Of a stretch of 64,000 bases of DNA, positions 45,695 through 55,414 are shown piece by piece. The stretch's first letter is position 1, and each line of letters opens with the position of its first letter. Source of the stretch: an uncultured Gammaproteobacteria bacterium (lineage in GTDB: Bacteria > Patescibacteriota > Microgenomatia > Daviesbacterales > UBA10151); NCBI GenBank assembly GCA_964394855.1, contig CAYMZD010000003.1, positions 22,607 through 86,606 on the forward strand, given 5' to 3'. The translations under genes were made by a program, and so were the position numbers. The notes below the pieces were generated by a model. The model was not told the origin of the DNA. It saw only the letters and a list, made by a program, of their open reading frames with translations, and made no database searches.

Positions 45695-46486
45695 TCAAAC
45701 AGAACTAAAATAACCTAATTCTTGCCCTGCAATCTCTAAAGGCTCTGGATAATCTTCTAGATAATGATGCCTGGTATACCTAGTGAAGATTTTACGATAG
45801 GCTTCCAATAATCTATATAGATGTAATCTTGGGTAATAATCATCAGGCTCTTCTTTAAAACTTCTGGTCCATCCCCAATGAACATCTGCGAGATATTTCT
45901 CACCGTGTGGCATTACTGAAAAATATGCCAAATCATCAACGGGATCACCAAATAAAAACTGATTAAAATCTGCAAGCCCAGAAAATTTTCCTTTATCCAC
46001 ATAAATACTGCCCAAATGGATATTTCCATTCAAAAATTTTGCCGGAGCGGAATCGAATAAACTTCGGTTTTGCTGCATAATTCTTAAAACTCTTGATCTA
46101 GCATCAAGTAATTGCTCCAGCAATTCTCTGTTGTGTGGAGAAAGTGGTGTTTGACTAACTCCAGTCTTCTTCTCCTGGATTAAGGTCAGATGCATTTCAT
46201 CAGATAATGAATTAAAAAATTCCAGCCAAAAATCGTAGAAACTTCTATGTTGGCCCTTTAATATTCCAGTTGAATTAAACAATACTCCGTTTGCCCAACC
46301 ATAACCTTCACGCGGAATGGAGTGGAGTCTACCTAAAAATTTACCTAAGTCTTCCATGATTCCTCGGGTAGTGATTTCATCTAAAGACAACTCTTCCAGC
46401 GGTTTACCACTTGGGGGGAATGGACGGGCTATAAAACGAGCAATCTCTCCTCGAAGTTTCATCTCATCAAACTGGGGTTTTTCCAT
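45695..46486 (-). CDS. APH/choline-kinase-like phosphotransferase fold protein with a degenerate catalytic loop
   Basis: FLNGNIHLGSIYVD aligns with the HGDxxxxN catalytic loop but reads NGN. LADFNQFLFGDPVDDLAYF aligns with the DFE...GDPxxDLA region. N-lobe motifs are not obvious. Confidence 0.45.
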   Translation of the reverse strand: MEKPQFDEMKLRGEIARFIARPFPPSGKPLEELSLDEITTRGIMEDLGKFLGRLHSIPREGYGWANGVLFNSTGILKGQHRSFYDFWLEFFNSLSDEMHLTLIQEKKTGVSQTPLSPHNRELLEQLLDARSRVLRIMQQNRSLFDSAPAKFLNGNIHLGSIYVDKGKFSGLADFNQFLFGDPVDDLAYFSVMPHGEKYLADVHWGWTRSFKEEPDDYYPRLHLYRLLEAYRKIFTRYTRHHYLEDYPEPLEIAGQELGYFSSV

Positions 46487-46496
46487 CAGGTGTATT

Positions 46497-47252
46497 TTAC
46501 ATCTTTTTAGCTATAATCATCAAATCAGAACCTAACCCCAGTTTGGTTAATATCCATGAAGGTAAGGCAGTGGCGACTTCCATAAAAAATCTTTTTTTAA
46601 AAGTTAAAAGTGACAAAATTATTCCCCCTATGGGATTTTCATAATCCCACACTCCAGAAGCTTTTTCGCTAAATTTTATTTTAAATCCTAATTTCTTTAA
46701 CAGAATTTCCAAAGATTTTTCTGTAAAATGCCAGAGATGTTCTTGAGGTAACAAAAGCGGCCAGTTTTTGCCCATTAATTTTGCCGAGAAGCCTCCAAAA
46801 TTGGGCACATCAATATAAAGTAATCCGCCGGGGTAGAGTAAACTTTTTACTTTTTTTATAACTTCCATAGGATTTTCCAAATGTTCCAAAGTATGATTTA
46901 AAATCACTAAATCAAATTTTCCGTCGATTTTAACCTGCATAAAATCCCTAACTAAAACTTGAATTCCTCTTTTTTTTGCAATTTCTGCTGCTTTAGTAGA
47001 AATTTCTATGCCTTCAACTTGCCATCCTCTTTTTTTAAGAAGGGCTAATATGACCCCGGTTGAACACCCTATTTCCAAAACCTTCCCGGGTTTAGTAAGT
47101 TTTGAGATAATATTCACTCTTTTTAAAAAAATATTTTGGAATAGATTTTCTGCTTTAATGTATGCTTCATCACGATAATATCCCCCTTTTTGACTACCTA
47201 AATCTTTGGTCATCCCCAAACCGCAATGTGGGCATTGATAAATATCCATCAT
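46497..47252 (-). CDS. Class I SAM-dependent methyltransferase with an N-terminal Cys-x2-Cys zinc-ribbon
   Basis: CPHCG, VLEIGCSTGVILALLKKRGWQVEGIEIS (motif I), and a DVPNF-type motif later. Start trimmed to MMDIYQ, because the track start overlaps the upstream gene by 85 nt. Confidence 0.75.
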   Translation of the reverse strand: MMDIYQCPHCGLGMTKDLGSQKGGYYRDEAYIKAENLFQNIFLKRVNIISKLTKPGKVLEIGCSTGVILALLKKRGWQVEGIEISTKAAEIAKKRGIQVLVRDFMQVKIDGKFDLVILNHTLEHLENPMEVIKKVKSLLYPGGLLYIDVPNFGGFSAKLMGKNWPLLLPQEHLWHFTEKSLEILLKKLGFKIKFSEKASGVWDYENPIGGIILSLLTFKKRFFMEVATALPSWILTKLGLGSDLMIIAKKM

Positions 47253-48070
47253 TTTATTAATCTCCTTTTGATTTTCTTTAGTGGGGTTTCCATAGCAGCT
47301 CGCGTTTTGTATAAAAAATCCGCTTTTTGCCAAGGTGAGGGAACAATTTTCGGCCTCTTAAGATAAAGTACTGATGGATATTTAAAATCTTTGGGGAAAG
47401 GTATTCCTAGCTCGTATTTGAACCTCATAATACGCTCCACCACTTGAGCATCTTTACTTGAGCGCCGAAGATGAGATGCATGTAAATATGGGGCATCTAC
47501 CACAGCTACCTCGTGAGGATCTCTTTCGTAAATTAATTTACCTTGCTTGTCAAAAAATCCTTCTCTTAAAAAACCTTGAGGATTAGGATGCACTTCTACA
47601 TGAAGTCCGGGGATATTTCTTTTAAAAACCCGCAAATTATAATGACCCACCCTTCCAGCTATGTGGTAGTCCCCTGCTATTTCTTCTTGATAGTGGTAAA
47701 CATCACCTAAAAGCATCAGAACGGGAACCACTATACATTCGGCTTTAGTTTTTTGAAGCTTCTGCCTTATTTTTTTTATTGAGCTATCCAACCAGATCTC
47801 ATCCCCATCCAAAAGCAACACCCAGTCAGATCTTGTTTCTTTAAGCATTTGCTGCCTTAGGTTGGCATGAGTAACCATTTCCGTATTGGCTGGAAACTGT
47901 CGCAAAACTATTTTGGGAGATTTAATAGTCTTAATAATCTCAACCGTCTGATCGGTTGATCCCAAATCATAAATTAAAATTTTATCCACAAAGTCTATTA
48001 CACTCATCAAAACAAACCAGATAAAATTCTCTTCGTTTCTCACAACCGTATTAGCCCAGACTGTTTTCAT
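47249..48070 (-). CDS. GT2-like glycosyltransferase (DxD = DGDE)
   Basis: TVVRNEENFIWFVLMSVIDFVDKILIYDLGSTDQT and LLLDGDEIW. Confidence 0.55.
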   Translation of the reverse strand: MKTVWANTVVRNEENFIWFVLMSVIDFVDKILIYDLGSTDQTVEIIKTIKSPKIVLRQFPANTEMVTHANLRQQMLKETRSDWVLLLDGDEIWLDSSIKKIRQKLQKTKAECIVVPVLMLLGDVYHYQEEIAGDYHIAGRVGHYNLRVFKRNIPGLHVEVHPNPQGFLREGFFDKQGKLIYERDPHEVAVVDAPYLHASHLRRSSKDAQVVERIMRFKYELGIPFPKDFKYPSVLYLKRPKIVPSPWQKADFLYKTRAAMETPLKKIKRRLIK

Positions 48071-49299
48071 GCTTTTTTGAATTTATAAATCATCCAAATT
48101 ACAGAAGATACTAAGCTAAAAATTTGCGATACCAAAACCGCTAAAGCTACCCCCATCATACCTAATCGTAAAATTAAGAAATATCCCAAAAAGGCTAAAA
48201 TTAAAAGTTGTCCCAGCGAGATAAAGACAAAAACTTTTGGTTTGGCAAAATAATAAAAAATGGCCTGATGTGCGGGAGTGGCCATGAGAAAAATGAGCTG
48301 GCTTAAGAAAAGTATGGCAAATATATTAATACTTTCCCCAAAAGCCTGACCATAAAAAAACGGGATGGCAAAATGGGCAAGAGGTATTCCCAGAAGTCCC
48401 AACAGAGCCAGTCCTACACTCAAAAGCTGCAGTCGTTTTAAATAATTTAAGATTTCCTGTTTATCTTTAGCTGCAGATAGTTTAGGAGCTATTACCGTGG
48501 CCAAAGCAGCCACTAGTTGTGGGACTACCATAGTTAGCTGGTTAGCAGCAGAATAAATTCCTAAGGAAGAGGCGGAAACTAGACGAGCCAACAAAAAGGT
48601 ATCCAGACGAGAACTAACTGCCGATATAAGCGAAGTCGAAGCAACCCATTTGTTGTAGTGGAAAAAGTCTACCGCCACACTATTTTCGTCTTTGACTACC
48701 ATGAAGCGAGGTAAGAATAAAAGCCCCAGAAAAAAACCCAAAAAGGGGATGATAATATAAGCCAAAAGTACGCTCTCCACAGTAAATACAGCAAGAATTA
48801 AAACTAAAATTAACCGCAATCCATTTAAACCAATGTTTAAAAGACTCCAAATTACATAATGCTGCATGGCTTGTAAACTGTGGGAAACAAAAGAAAAAAG
48901 TAATGCTCCGCCTACACCAATGAGGGATAACCTTAAAGGTAACTCTAACTCAACTTTTCCAAACACAAAAGAAGAAATAAAGGGCATTAATAACCATCCT
49001 ACACCCAAGATAATTACCCAAACGGCTAATTTTATTTTGAGACCCAATTTCATAAATCTTAAAGCTTTATCTTGATCTGCATTGATATATCTACCAACGA
49101 AGCGAATTAAACCTGTATCTGTCCCCAAATCAGCGATATCGGCAATTAGAGTAAGTGTCGTAATGGCCAAGGTTAATATACCGAAACTAGCCGGACCTAA
49201 AAACCTGGCAACCAGAATATAAAATAAAAGCCCTAATAGACCATTTAAAAAAGTCCCCAAAAATGTAATGCCTGTTTGGCCTAAAGTTTTTGCAAACAT
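48067..49299 (-). CDS. Wzx-type (MOP superfamily) polysaccharide flippase
   Basis: About 12 TM helices. N-terminus MFAKTLGQTGITFLGTFLNGLLGLLFYILVARFLGPASFGILTLAITTL is typical of PF01943 flippases. Confidence 0.75.
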   Translation of the reverse strand: MFAKTLGQTGITFLGTFLNGLLGLLFYILVARFLGPASFGILTLAITTLTLIADIADLGTDTGLIRFVGRYINADQDKALRFMKLGLKIKLAVWVIILGVGWLLMPFISSFVFGKVELELPLRLSLIGVGGALLFSFVSHSLQAMQHYVIWSLLNIGLNGLRLILVLILAVFTVESVLLAYIIIPFLGFFLGLLFLPRFMVVKDENSVAVDFFHYNKWVASTSLISAVSSRLDTFLLARLVSASSLGIYSAANQLTMVVPQLVAALATVIAPKLSAAKDKQEILNYLKRLQLLSVGLALLGLLGIPLAHFAIPFFYGQAFGESINIFAILFLSQLIFLMATPAHQAIFYYFAKPKVFVFISLGQLLILAFLGYFLILRLGMMGVALAVLVSQIFSLVSSVIWMIYKFKKA

Positions 49300-49314
49300 C
49301 TAATCTTTAAAGTA

Positions 49315-51894
49315 TCACTTTCTACTTTTAAAAGAAAGCTGACTTAAACAATAAAGAAAAAGCCCAACAACTGTTATGGTAGATATCACCATGCCCACCT
49401 GGACGCGGTCTTGCGGTTTATAATAAAGTTTAAGGTTTCTTTTGCTTATATCACCCACCCCAAAACCGTTAATCATGGAGTACACTGGTAGAGATTTTAT
49501 GGGGGCGTTAGTTAATTTCCATCCTTTGCTAAAACGATCAGAGAAAATAATCCATTTAGCGCTACGGGGTAAATTAATTAAATATTCCGTAGGATTTTTC
49601 TCTTGATAATCTATTTTTAAAAGAGTTAGTTTGCTAAACTCCTCGACAAGTTTTTTCTCATCATCAGGTAGAGAAAATGTGGGGAATTTCTGAATAAGTT
49701 TATCCGCAAAACTCAAGGCTCTATCAAAGTCTGCTTGAGGGAAAAAGGCCACTGCATTAATAGCTTGAAATCCTCCTAAATTTTTAAAAGTTACTGTGTA
49801 GCGACCAGGAGAAAGCTGGATAGGGCCTGAAAAATCCCAGTTAAATCGAGAGCCTGTATTTTTAACAATCTTTTCTTTGCTGGCAAAATTAATCTTAAGT
49901 CCGGCTGAGTCAGTGGAGGATAATGAGCGGGTAGCCAGATAGTAATTATCTATTTTTTTAACATCGACCTGATACATCATTTCCTCGTCTTTAATTGAAG
50001 AAAAATCCAAACCATTTTTAAATCCCAGATCATCTGTGCTGATTCCGTTCTTTAGGAGTTCATATTTCCACCGCAGATATTGATCAGGGCTATATCTTCC
50101 CCAATGACCACTAATAAAATCACTTTTCTTTAAGAAAAAATCTTGTAAAAAGGAAAGTTCTAAATCCTTTTTACTGGCATTTTGAAAAACCAACAGAGCA
50201 GAATCTTCAGGCAAAGATAATAAGTCATTTGGATTAAGTAAACCGTCCTCCACAAATAAAGCTCCTATTTTAATAAAATCCCGCCCACCATAAAAACTTC
50301 CATCACCCACTACAATCGCAACTTTTTCCTGGCCATAAATTTTATCTCGAGGAGTTGATACCTGGTAAACTGGAAAGTGGAGTCCCCAATCCAGTTTTTT
50401 AAACCCCAGGCTATCTATAAATTCTAAGAAAAGTTTTCTATTTTCTATATCCTTTTCTGAAAAATCTTTCTGACGGGGAGATTCGGGGAAAAAAGCATAT
50501 TTGATACCCAAGACTTCAAACCAAGAGGTTAAGTTATCATCATGTAAAAAATTAAACAGATCATAAGTACCGGAAATATTTAGGGCAAATGGTATTTCTT
50601 TATAAAGTTCACTGGCTGATAAGCCTTCTTTAGCTAAACCACTAAAGCCAAAAGGCGACCGTTCGGGAAACCATACTGACCTAAAAAAAGATTCATCTTT
50701 TTGTAAATTTTGATAAATTTTTTGGTAATCTCTATCAAACTGCCTTCCAGATAAACTGCCTGATAAATTACCCAAAAGAGCCGGCCAAATAAGTACCAAA
50801 AGATATAAATAAACCAAGATGGCGAGAAGACGAGAATGGAAACCCGTCATTGTTTTAGCCAATAAAATACCTGCGATGAGGGTAGCAGGTATAAAAAATT
50901 TAGTGGAGTCCCTAAAAGCATAAGCCAGCGGAAAATAGTTTATCAAAAACTCAAAGACTCTACCCATGGGTCCAAAAGGAGCACTAATTAAAAGAACAAA
51001 ACTTAAGAATAAAATATAGAATAATAAATTTTCTTTTCTCTTTTTAAATAGAAGACTGCCAAATAAAAGAAATGGTAAAAAGATAAAATACCAAGGAATA
51101 GCATTAATTTTACCAAATTCATTTTGAGGAAAATGAGGGTTAAAAATGGTTAGACCATGAAGGATTGTGATAAAACTCGCTGGCAAATCATTCTCCAGCT
51201 GGGCAACTGTCCCTCCATTAAAACCATTAAAAATAAATGGTATTATCCAAAAGGCATCAAGTAAAATAGTTAAAAGCAAGACATAAATAATATTTTTTGA
51301 TAAGTTATTAAATTCCAGCAAAAAATAAGTTAACAAAGCTAACATAGCCACTCTTAAGTCCGAGTTGGTTAAAAAGAAAAAGGTGAGTACTGATAAAAGA
51401 ATTTTTCCTTTATTGAAAAAATAAAGAGTCAGGGGAAACAACCCATATGAGAGGGCCAGACCAATTTGACCTCCATCAATTAAAAGCAAAAAATAAGTGT
51501 TAAAAGTATATAAAAGACTACCAAGCGTAGCTGCTAAACGATTTTCTACAAATTTTTTAATGAAAAGCCAGGAGCCTACAGCGGCAAGGATGGTAGCGGG
51601 AAAATAAAAAATCAACCTGATGGCTATATCAGCAGTAACTCCCAGCTTTCCCAAAACAGCCATTAAAAAGGTTGGTAAATAAAGCCAAAGCACTTGGAAC
51701 TGTGGACCACCAAAATTGTCATTTCGAAAATCCCAGGCTAACGGTTTTTGTAAAAGGCTGGATAAATTTTCCGGGAAAAAATAAGGAGCATCACCAAAAG
51801 TAAGAGGACCGGGAAGGAAAAAAGCTTTAAATACCAAAAGGTATGGAATTATAATAATAAAAAGGGGCCAAAAATTAATCTTATTTTTTATCAC
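49315..51894 (-). CDS. Large polytopic membrane protein, 859 aa, with YfhO-like topology (putative GT-C glycosyltransferase)
   Basis: N-terminal multi-TM region of about 400 aa, a soluble domain of about 400 aa, and one C-terminal TM. This is the size and layout of Bacillus YfhO-type enzymes. Inference only. Confidence 0.4.
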   Translation of the reverse strand: MIKNKINFWPLFIIIIPYLLVFKAFFLPGPLTFGDAPYFFPENLSSLLQKPLAWDFRNDNFGGPQFQVLWLYLPTFLMAVLGKLGVTADIAIRLIFYFPATILAAVGSWLFIKKFVENRLAATLGSLLYTFNTYFLLLIDGGQIGLALSYGLFPLTLYFFNKGKILLSVLTFFFLTNSDLRVAMLALLTYFLLEFNNLSKNIIYVLLLTILLDAFWIIPFIFNGFNGGTVAQLENDLPASFITILHGLTIFNPHFPQNEFGKINAIPWYFIFLPFLLFGSLLFKKRKENLLFYILFLSFVLLISAPFGPMGRVFEFLINYFPLAYAFRDSTKFFIPATLIAGILLAKTMTGFHSRLLAILVYLYLLVLIWPALLGNLSGSLSGRQFDRDYQKIYQNLQKDESFFRSVWFPERSPFGFSGLAKEGLSASELYKEIPFALNISGTYDLFNFLHDDNLTSWFEVLGIKYAFFPESPRQKDFSEKDIENRKLFLEFIDSLGFKKLDWGLHFPVYQVSTPRDKIYGQEKVAIVVGDGSFYGGRDFIKIGALFVEDGLLNPNDLLSLPEDSALLVFQNASKKDLELSFLQDFFLKKSDFISGHWGRYSPDQYLRWKYELLKNGISTDDLGFKNGLDFSSIKDEEMMYQVDVKKIDNYYLATRSLSSTDSAGLKINFASKEKIVKNTGSRFNWDFSGPIQLSPGRYTVTFKNLGGFQAINAVAFFPQADFDRALSFADKLIQKFPTFSLPDDEKKLVEEFSKLTLLKIDYQEKNPTEYLINLPRSAKWIIFSDRFSKGWKLTNAPIKSLPVYSMINGFGVGDISKRNLKLYYKPQDRVQVGMVISTITVVGLFLYCLSQLSFKSRK

Positions 51895-51916
51895 AGGCTA
51901 AATTGTAGCTAATTAT

Positions 51917-53308
51917 ATGCTAAACAACAACTTGAATGTAATCCTCTTAACTGTCTTTGCATTTATCCTCCGCCTGAAATTTATGTCTCCTTGGCTTGAG
52001 GACTGGGATTCAGTTCAGTTTGCCATTGCCATGGATTCTTACTCTTTATCCGAAGGGATACCGCATGCTCCAGGATACCCCCTATATATTTTGTTGGGTA
52101 AATTTTTATTTTTATTTTTTCATGATCATAATTTGTCTTTGTCTTTTTTAAGTAGCCTTTTAGGATCTTTATCTGTTGTGCCGCTTTACTTATTAGCCAA
52201 TAAGATGTTTAATCAAAAAGTAGCACTACTTTCAAGTCTAATATTTATTTTTTCTCCTGTTCACTGGACCCTGTCGGAAATTGCTCTTACCAATATGCCC
52301 GGTCAGTTTTTTCTCCTACTTTGGATCTATTTATTATACAAATTTATGAATAATTTTAAGGCAAAGGTAATGCTCTCGGGTTTGGCCGGTATCATTTTGG
52401 GGGTGCGGTTTACAGAATTTCCCATCATTATCTCTTTACTTATACTAATATCATTAAAAAAATTTAATATCAGAAAAGCTCTTTTTACTATCTGCTCGTT
52501 TTTTCTAGGATTAGCCTCATGGATGGTTCCTCTAATGTTAATAAGCGGGATTAATCAATTCCTTGAAAGTTATGGTTTTATTGCTAATTATATTTTTAAA
52601 CATGATGCTCTTTTAGACCAGGGAAGATACGGTCTTCAAACAATCAACATCAGATTTGAAAATTTTCTACTCCTACTTAAGTGGTCATATACAGTACCAT
52701 TTACGATACTCGGAACAATAACAGTTATTTTCGTAATAAAAAATCATTTATTTAGGGAGTTTAAATATTTATTCTTAAGTCTTTGGGCTGCTTCTTATCT
52801 ACTACCCCTCCTGTTTTTTTATAATCTAGAAGTTACTCGATATACTCTACCCCTTTTACCACCTCTGGCTATATTAACTACCACACAACTTTATAAATTA
52901 ACAAAAAATAAGATCGCTCTCGCTGGGGTAATAGGTATCATTTTGGGGTTTCTTATTTATCAGTCACAAGATCAGGTTAGGAGATTTAAAAATAGCGTTC
53001 CACCCACAGTTGCATCAGTAGATTATGTCAGGAAAAATTTTGCTCCACACAATACAACTATTATCCCCACAAATACTTTACGTCATTTCCAATATTATGG
53101 ATCAGAGTTTCCATTAATAGATTTAAAAAATGCCAATTACAATCAAGATTTCAAAAATAAAACTATCATCATAGATTTTCCCGGAACAAAAGATAAATTT
53201 AAGGAGTTATCAAACTATGATATAACTAAAAGGGTAGATTTTTTCGGAGATAAAGATATTTATAATAGAATAAATAAAGTTTCAATATATATTTTGAAAC
53301 CAAAATAA
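51917..53308 (+). CDS. DUF2723/TMEM260-like polytopic membrane protein (putative GT-C)
   Basis: The first loop EDWDSVQFAIAMDSYSLSEGIPHAPGYPLYILLGK matches my recollection of the DUF2723 hallmark (WDSGEF ... HPPGYP). About 11 TM helices and a C-terminal soluble tail. Confidence 0.5.
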   Translation: MLNNNLNVILLTVFAFILRLKFMSPWLEDWDSVQFAIAMDSYSLSEGIPHAPGYPLYILLGKFLFLFFHDHNLSLSFLSSLLGSLSVVPLYLLANKMFNQKVALLSSLIFIFSPVHWTLSEIALTNMPGQFFLLLWIYLLYKFMNNFKAKVMLSGLAGIILGVRFTEFPIIISLLILISLKKFNIRKALFTICSFFLGLASWMVPLMLISGINQFLESYGFIANYIFKHDALLDQGRYGLQTINIRFENFLLLLKWSYTVPFTILGTITVIFVIKNHLFREFKYLFLSLWAASYLLPLLFFYNLEVTRYTLPLLPPLAILTTTQLYKLTKNKIALAGVIGIILGFLIYQSQDQVRRFKNSVPPTVASVDYVRKNFAPHNTTIIPTNTLRHFQYYGSEFPLIDLKNANYNQDFKNKTIIIDFPGTKDKFKELSNYDITKRVDFFGDKDIYNRINKVSIYILKPK

Positions 53309-53319
53309 GAAAATATTTT

Positions 53320-53955
53320 ATGAATAATAAACAGTTAAAAAAAATTTGGAACCAGGTTCCTCCTGATTACTATGAAGTGGGTATCAAGAGAAATTTTTTT
53401 CAATGGCTTTGGTTTTATTGGAAAGCCCAAAACTTAATTAATTTTATTAAAAATAAGGATTTTCACACCATACTTGATATAGGGTGTGCTGCGGGAACAT
53501 TAACTAATAAAGTTTCCCAAATATTACCTAATTCTAAAATCACTGGAGTAGATGTTTATTCTAGCGCACTAGCTTTCGGTAAAAAAAGATACCCTCATAT
53601 TAATTTTGTATTATCAGATGCTCATAAATTACCTTTTAAGAAAAACTCATTTGATTTAATTATTTGCATTGAAACAATTGAACACGTTTCTGATCCAGAA
53701 AAAGTCTTTATGGAAGTGAAACGTGTTCTTGGGCAAAACGGAACTTTTATTTTAATCATGGATTCTGGATCTTGGCTTTTTAGAATTGTCTGGGAAATAT
53801 GGGAAAAATCTAGGGGTAAAGTCTGGCAAGGAGCACATCTTCATCCTTTCCATCATAATGAATTGGAGAAATTGATTAAAAAATCAGGATTTAAAATTAT
53901 TAGAAAAAAATTTTCCAATCTGGGAATGGAAGTTTCTTTTGTATTGAAAAAATAA
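53320..53955 (+). CDS. Class I SAM-dependent methyltransferase (Methyltransf_11-like)
   Basis: ILDIGCAAGTLTNKV (motif I), TGVDVYSSAL, SFDLIICIETIEHVSDPEKVFMEVKRVL. Confidence 0.8.
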   Translation: MNNKQLKKIWNQVPPDYYEVGIKRNFFQWLWFYWKAQNLINFIKNKDFHTILDIGCAAGTLTNKVSQILPNSKITGVDVYSSALAFGKKRYPHINFVLSDAHKLPFKKNSFDLIICIETIEHVSDPEKVFMEVKRVLGQNGTFILIMDSGSWLFRIVWEIWEKSRGKVWQGAHLHPFHHNELEKLIKKSGFKIIRKKFSNLGMEVSFVLKK

Positions 53956-53956
53956 C

Positions 53957-55405
53957 TTAATAGGGAAACCTAGCAAGCACTGGTAGGGCTTTATCATTAA
54001 AATCATTGGGTAATGGATTGATATCTTCAAAGTACACTTTAACACTCTTATCGTTAAATAGAAGTTGCAGGGCATTAGCTCCAGATAAAATATAAAAAGC
54101 CTGTTTAGATGAGCTACCCCACTCATCAGCTATAAAAGGATAATGAGGGTCATTTTTAAAATAGAAGATAGTTGACTTTACTGGATGAGGATATGTGTTT
54201 TTTACATCGGTCAGTAAAGCCTTGGCAGCCGTGGCTCTCTTGGCGGCCCAATAAGTAATCTTATTTAATTTACTAGTCTGATAAGAAATTATAAACAAGC
54301 CCAAGATAAAAAAAATCGCCCAAAATCTTAAAAATTTCTTTTGATAAAGTGGTGCTAAAAAGGTGGCCAATAGAAGAGAAAACCATACTAGCGGTAGTTC
54401 AAGATAATAAATAAACTTTTTTTGAGGAAATAATAAAAATGGGGAAATAGATACCAAAAATAAGCATATCAACAAGGTAGTCTTGCCCAAAGAGATCGCA
54501 AATTTCTTATATCTAACTAATAAAGTGATAATAGACGCAAAAAGGAAAAAAAGTGCGGGAACAACAATCTGGACATACCAAGGATACCACTTAATAAAAT
54601 TGGCATTGACGGTAAATTTCGGACCGACAAAATCTACTACCACCTCGGATATGCCAAAACTCCACAAAATATACCAACCCAAACTATTAATAAAAGTTTT
54701 TAAATTAAAAATTGGCTGGTAAACCGACTGGGGGGGCAAACTGGTAAACAAAGATGTAGAAATTAAATAAATAAAGGAGATTAAAAAATACCAAATGAGA
54801 TGAAGGGAAACTTTTTTATAAAGAAATATTTCTAAAATTAAAAGGATTATTGGCAAAGTAATGGCTATTTCATGGCTAAAAATAGCCAAGGAAAAAGAAA
54901 TTATCGACAAAATATAAAATTTTTGTTTTTGACTGGCTTTAAAAATTAAATAAAAAAGGGTGCAGAGTAAAATAAAAAAAGTCGCCAAAAGTGTTTGTAC
55001 TGATGCCAAATAATAGATCTCCACATTATGAACACTACTTAGTAAATAAATTAATACCGCTATACTTGCTGTGATTTGATTTTTGAAAATTTTATGGGCC
55101 AGCTGAAATAGCAACACACCAATAGCCACGATTAAAAAAAGATTAACCAGATGATAAGGAAACGGATTTAAATTAAATAATTTATACATTATCAAATTGA
55201 AAGTTTCTCTTGATAAAGGACGATAAAAAGCATATTCTGCCTGTTTTAAGATAAAGAAACCAGTAATGTCAGTTAACTCTTTATCTGCCACTGTGTTTAA
55301 ATGAAAAAAATCATCTTGGGAAAAATATGAAAAAAGAGCATTAAAATTTATAAATAAGATAAATAAAATACCCACTAAAAACATATAAATTAATTTAATG
55401 TTCAT
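53957..55405 (-). CDS. Polytopic membrane protein, possible GT-C (DD motif in first loop)
   Basis: FSYFSQDDFFHL in the first extracytoplasmic loop, about 12 TM helices, and a C-terminal soluble domain of about 100 aa. Confidence 0.4.
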   Translation of the reverse strand: MNIKLIYMFLVGILFILFINFNALFSYFSQDDFFHLNTVADKELTDITGFFILKQAEYAFYRPLSRETFNLIMYKLFNLNPFPYHLVNLFLIVAIGVLLFQLAHKIFKNQITASIAVLIYLLSSVHNVEIYYLASVQTLLATFFILLCTLFYLIFKASQKQKFYILSIISFSLAIFSHEIAITLPIILLILEIFLYKKVSLHLIWYFLISFIYLISTSLFTSLPPQSVYQPIFNLKTFINSLGWYILWSFGISEVVVDFVGPKFTVNANFIKWYPWYVQIVVPALFFLFASIITLLVRYKKFAISLGKTTLLICLFLVSISPFLLFPQKKFIYYLELPLVWFSLLLATFLAPLYQKKFLRFWAIFFILGLFIISYQTSKLNKITYWAAKRATAAKALLTDVKNTYPHPVKSTIFYFKNDPHYPFIADEWGSSSKQAFYILSGANALQLLFNDKSVKVYFEDINPLPNDFNDKALPVLARFPY

Positions 55406-55414
55406 TTTAATATT

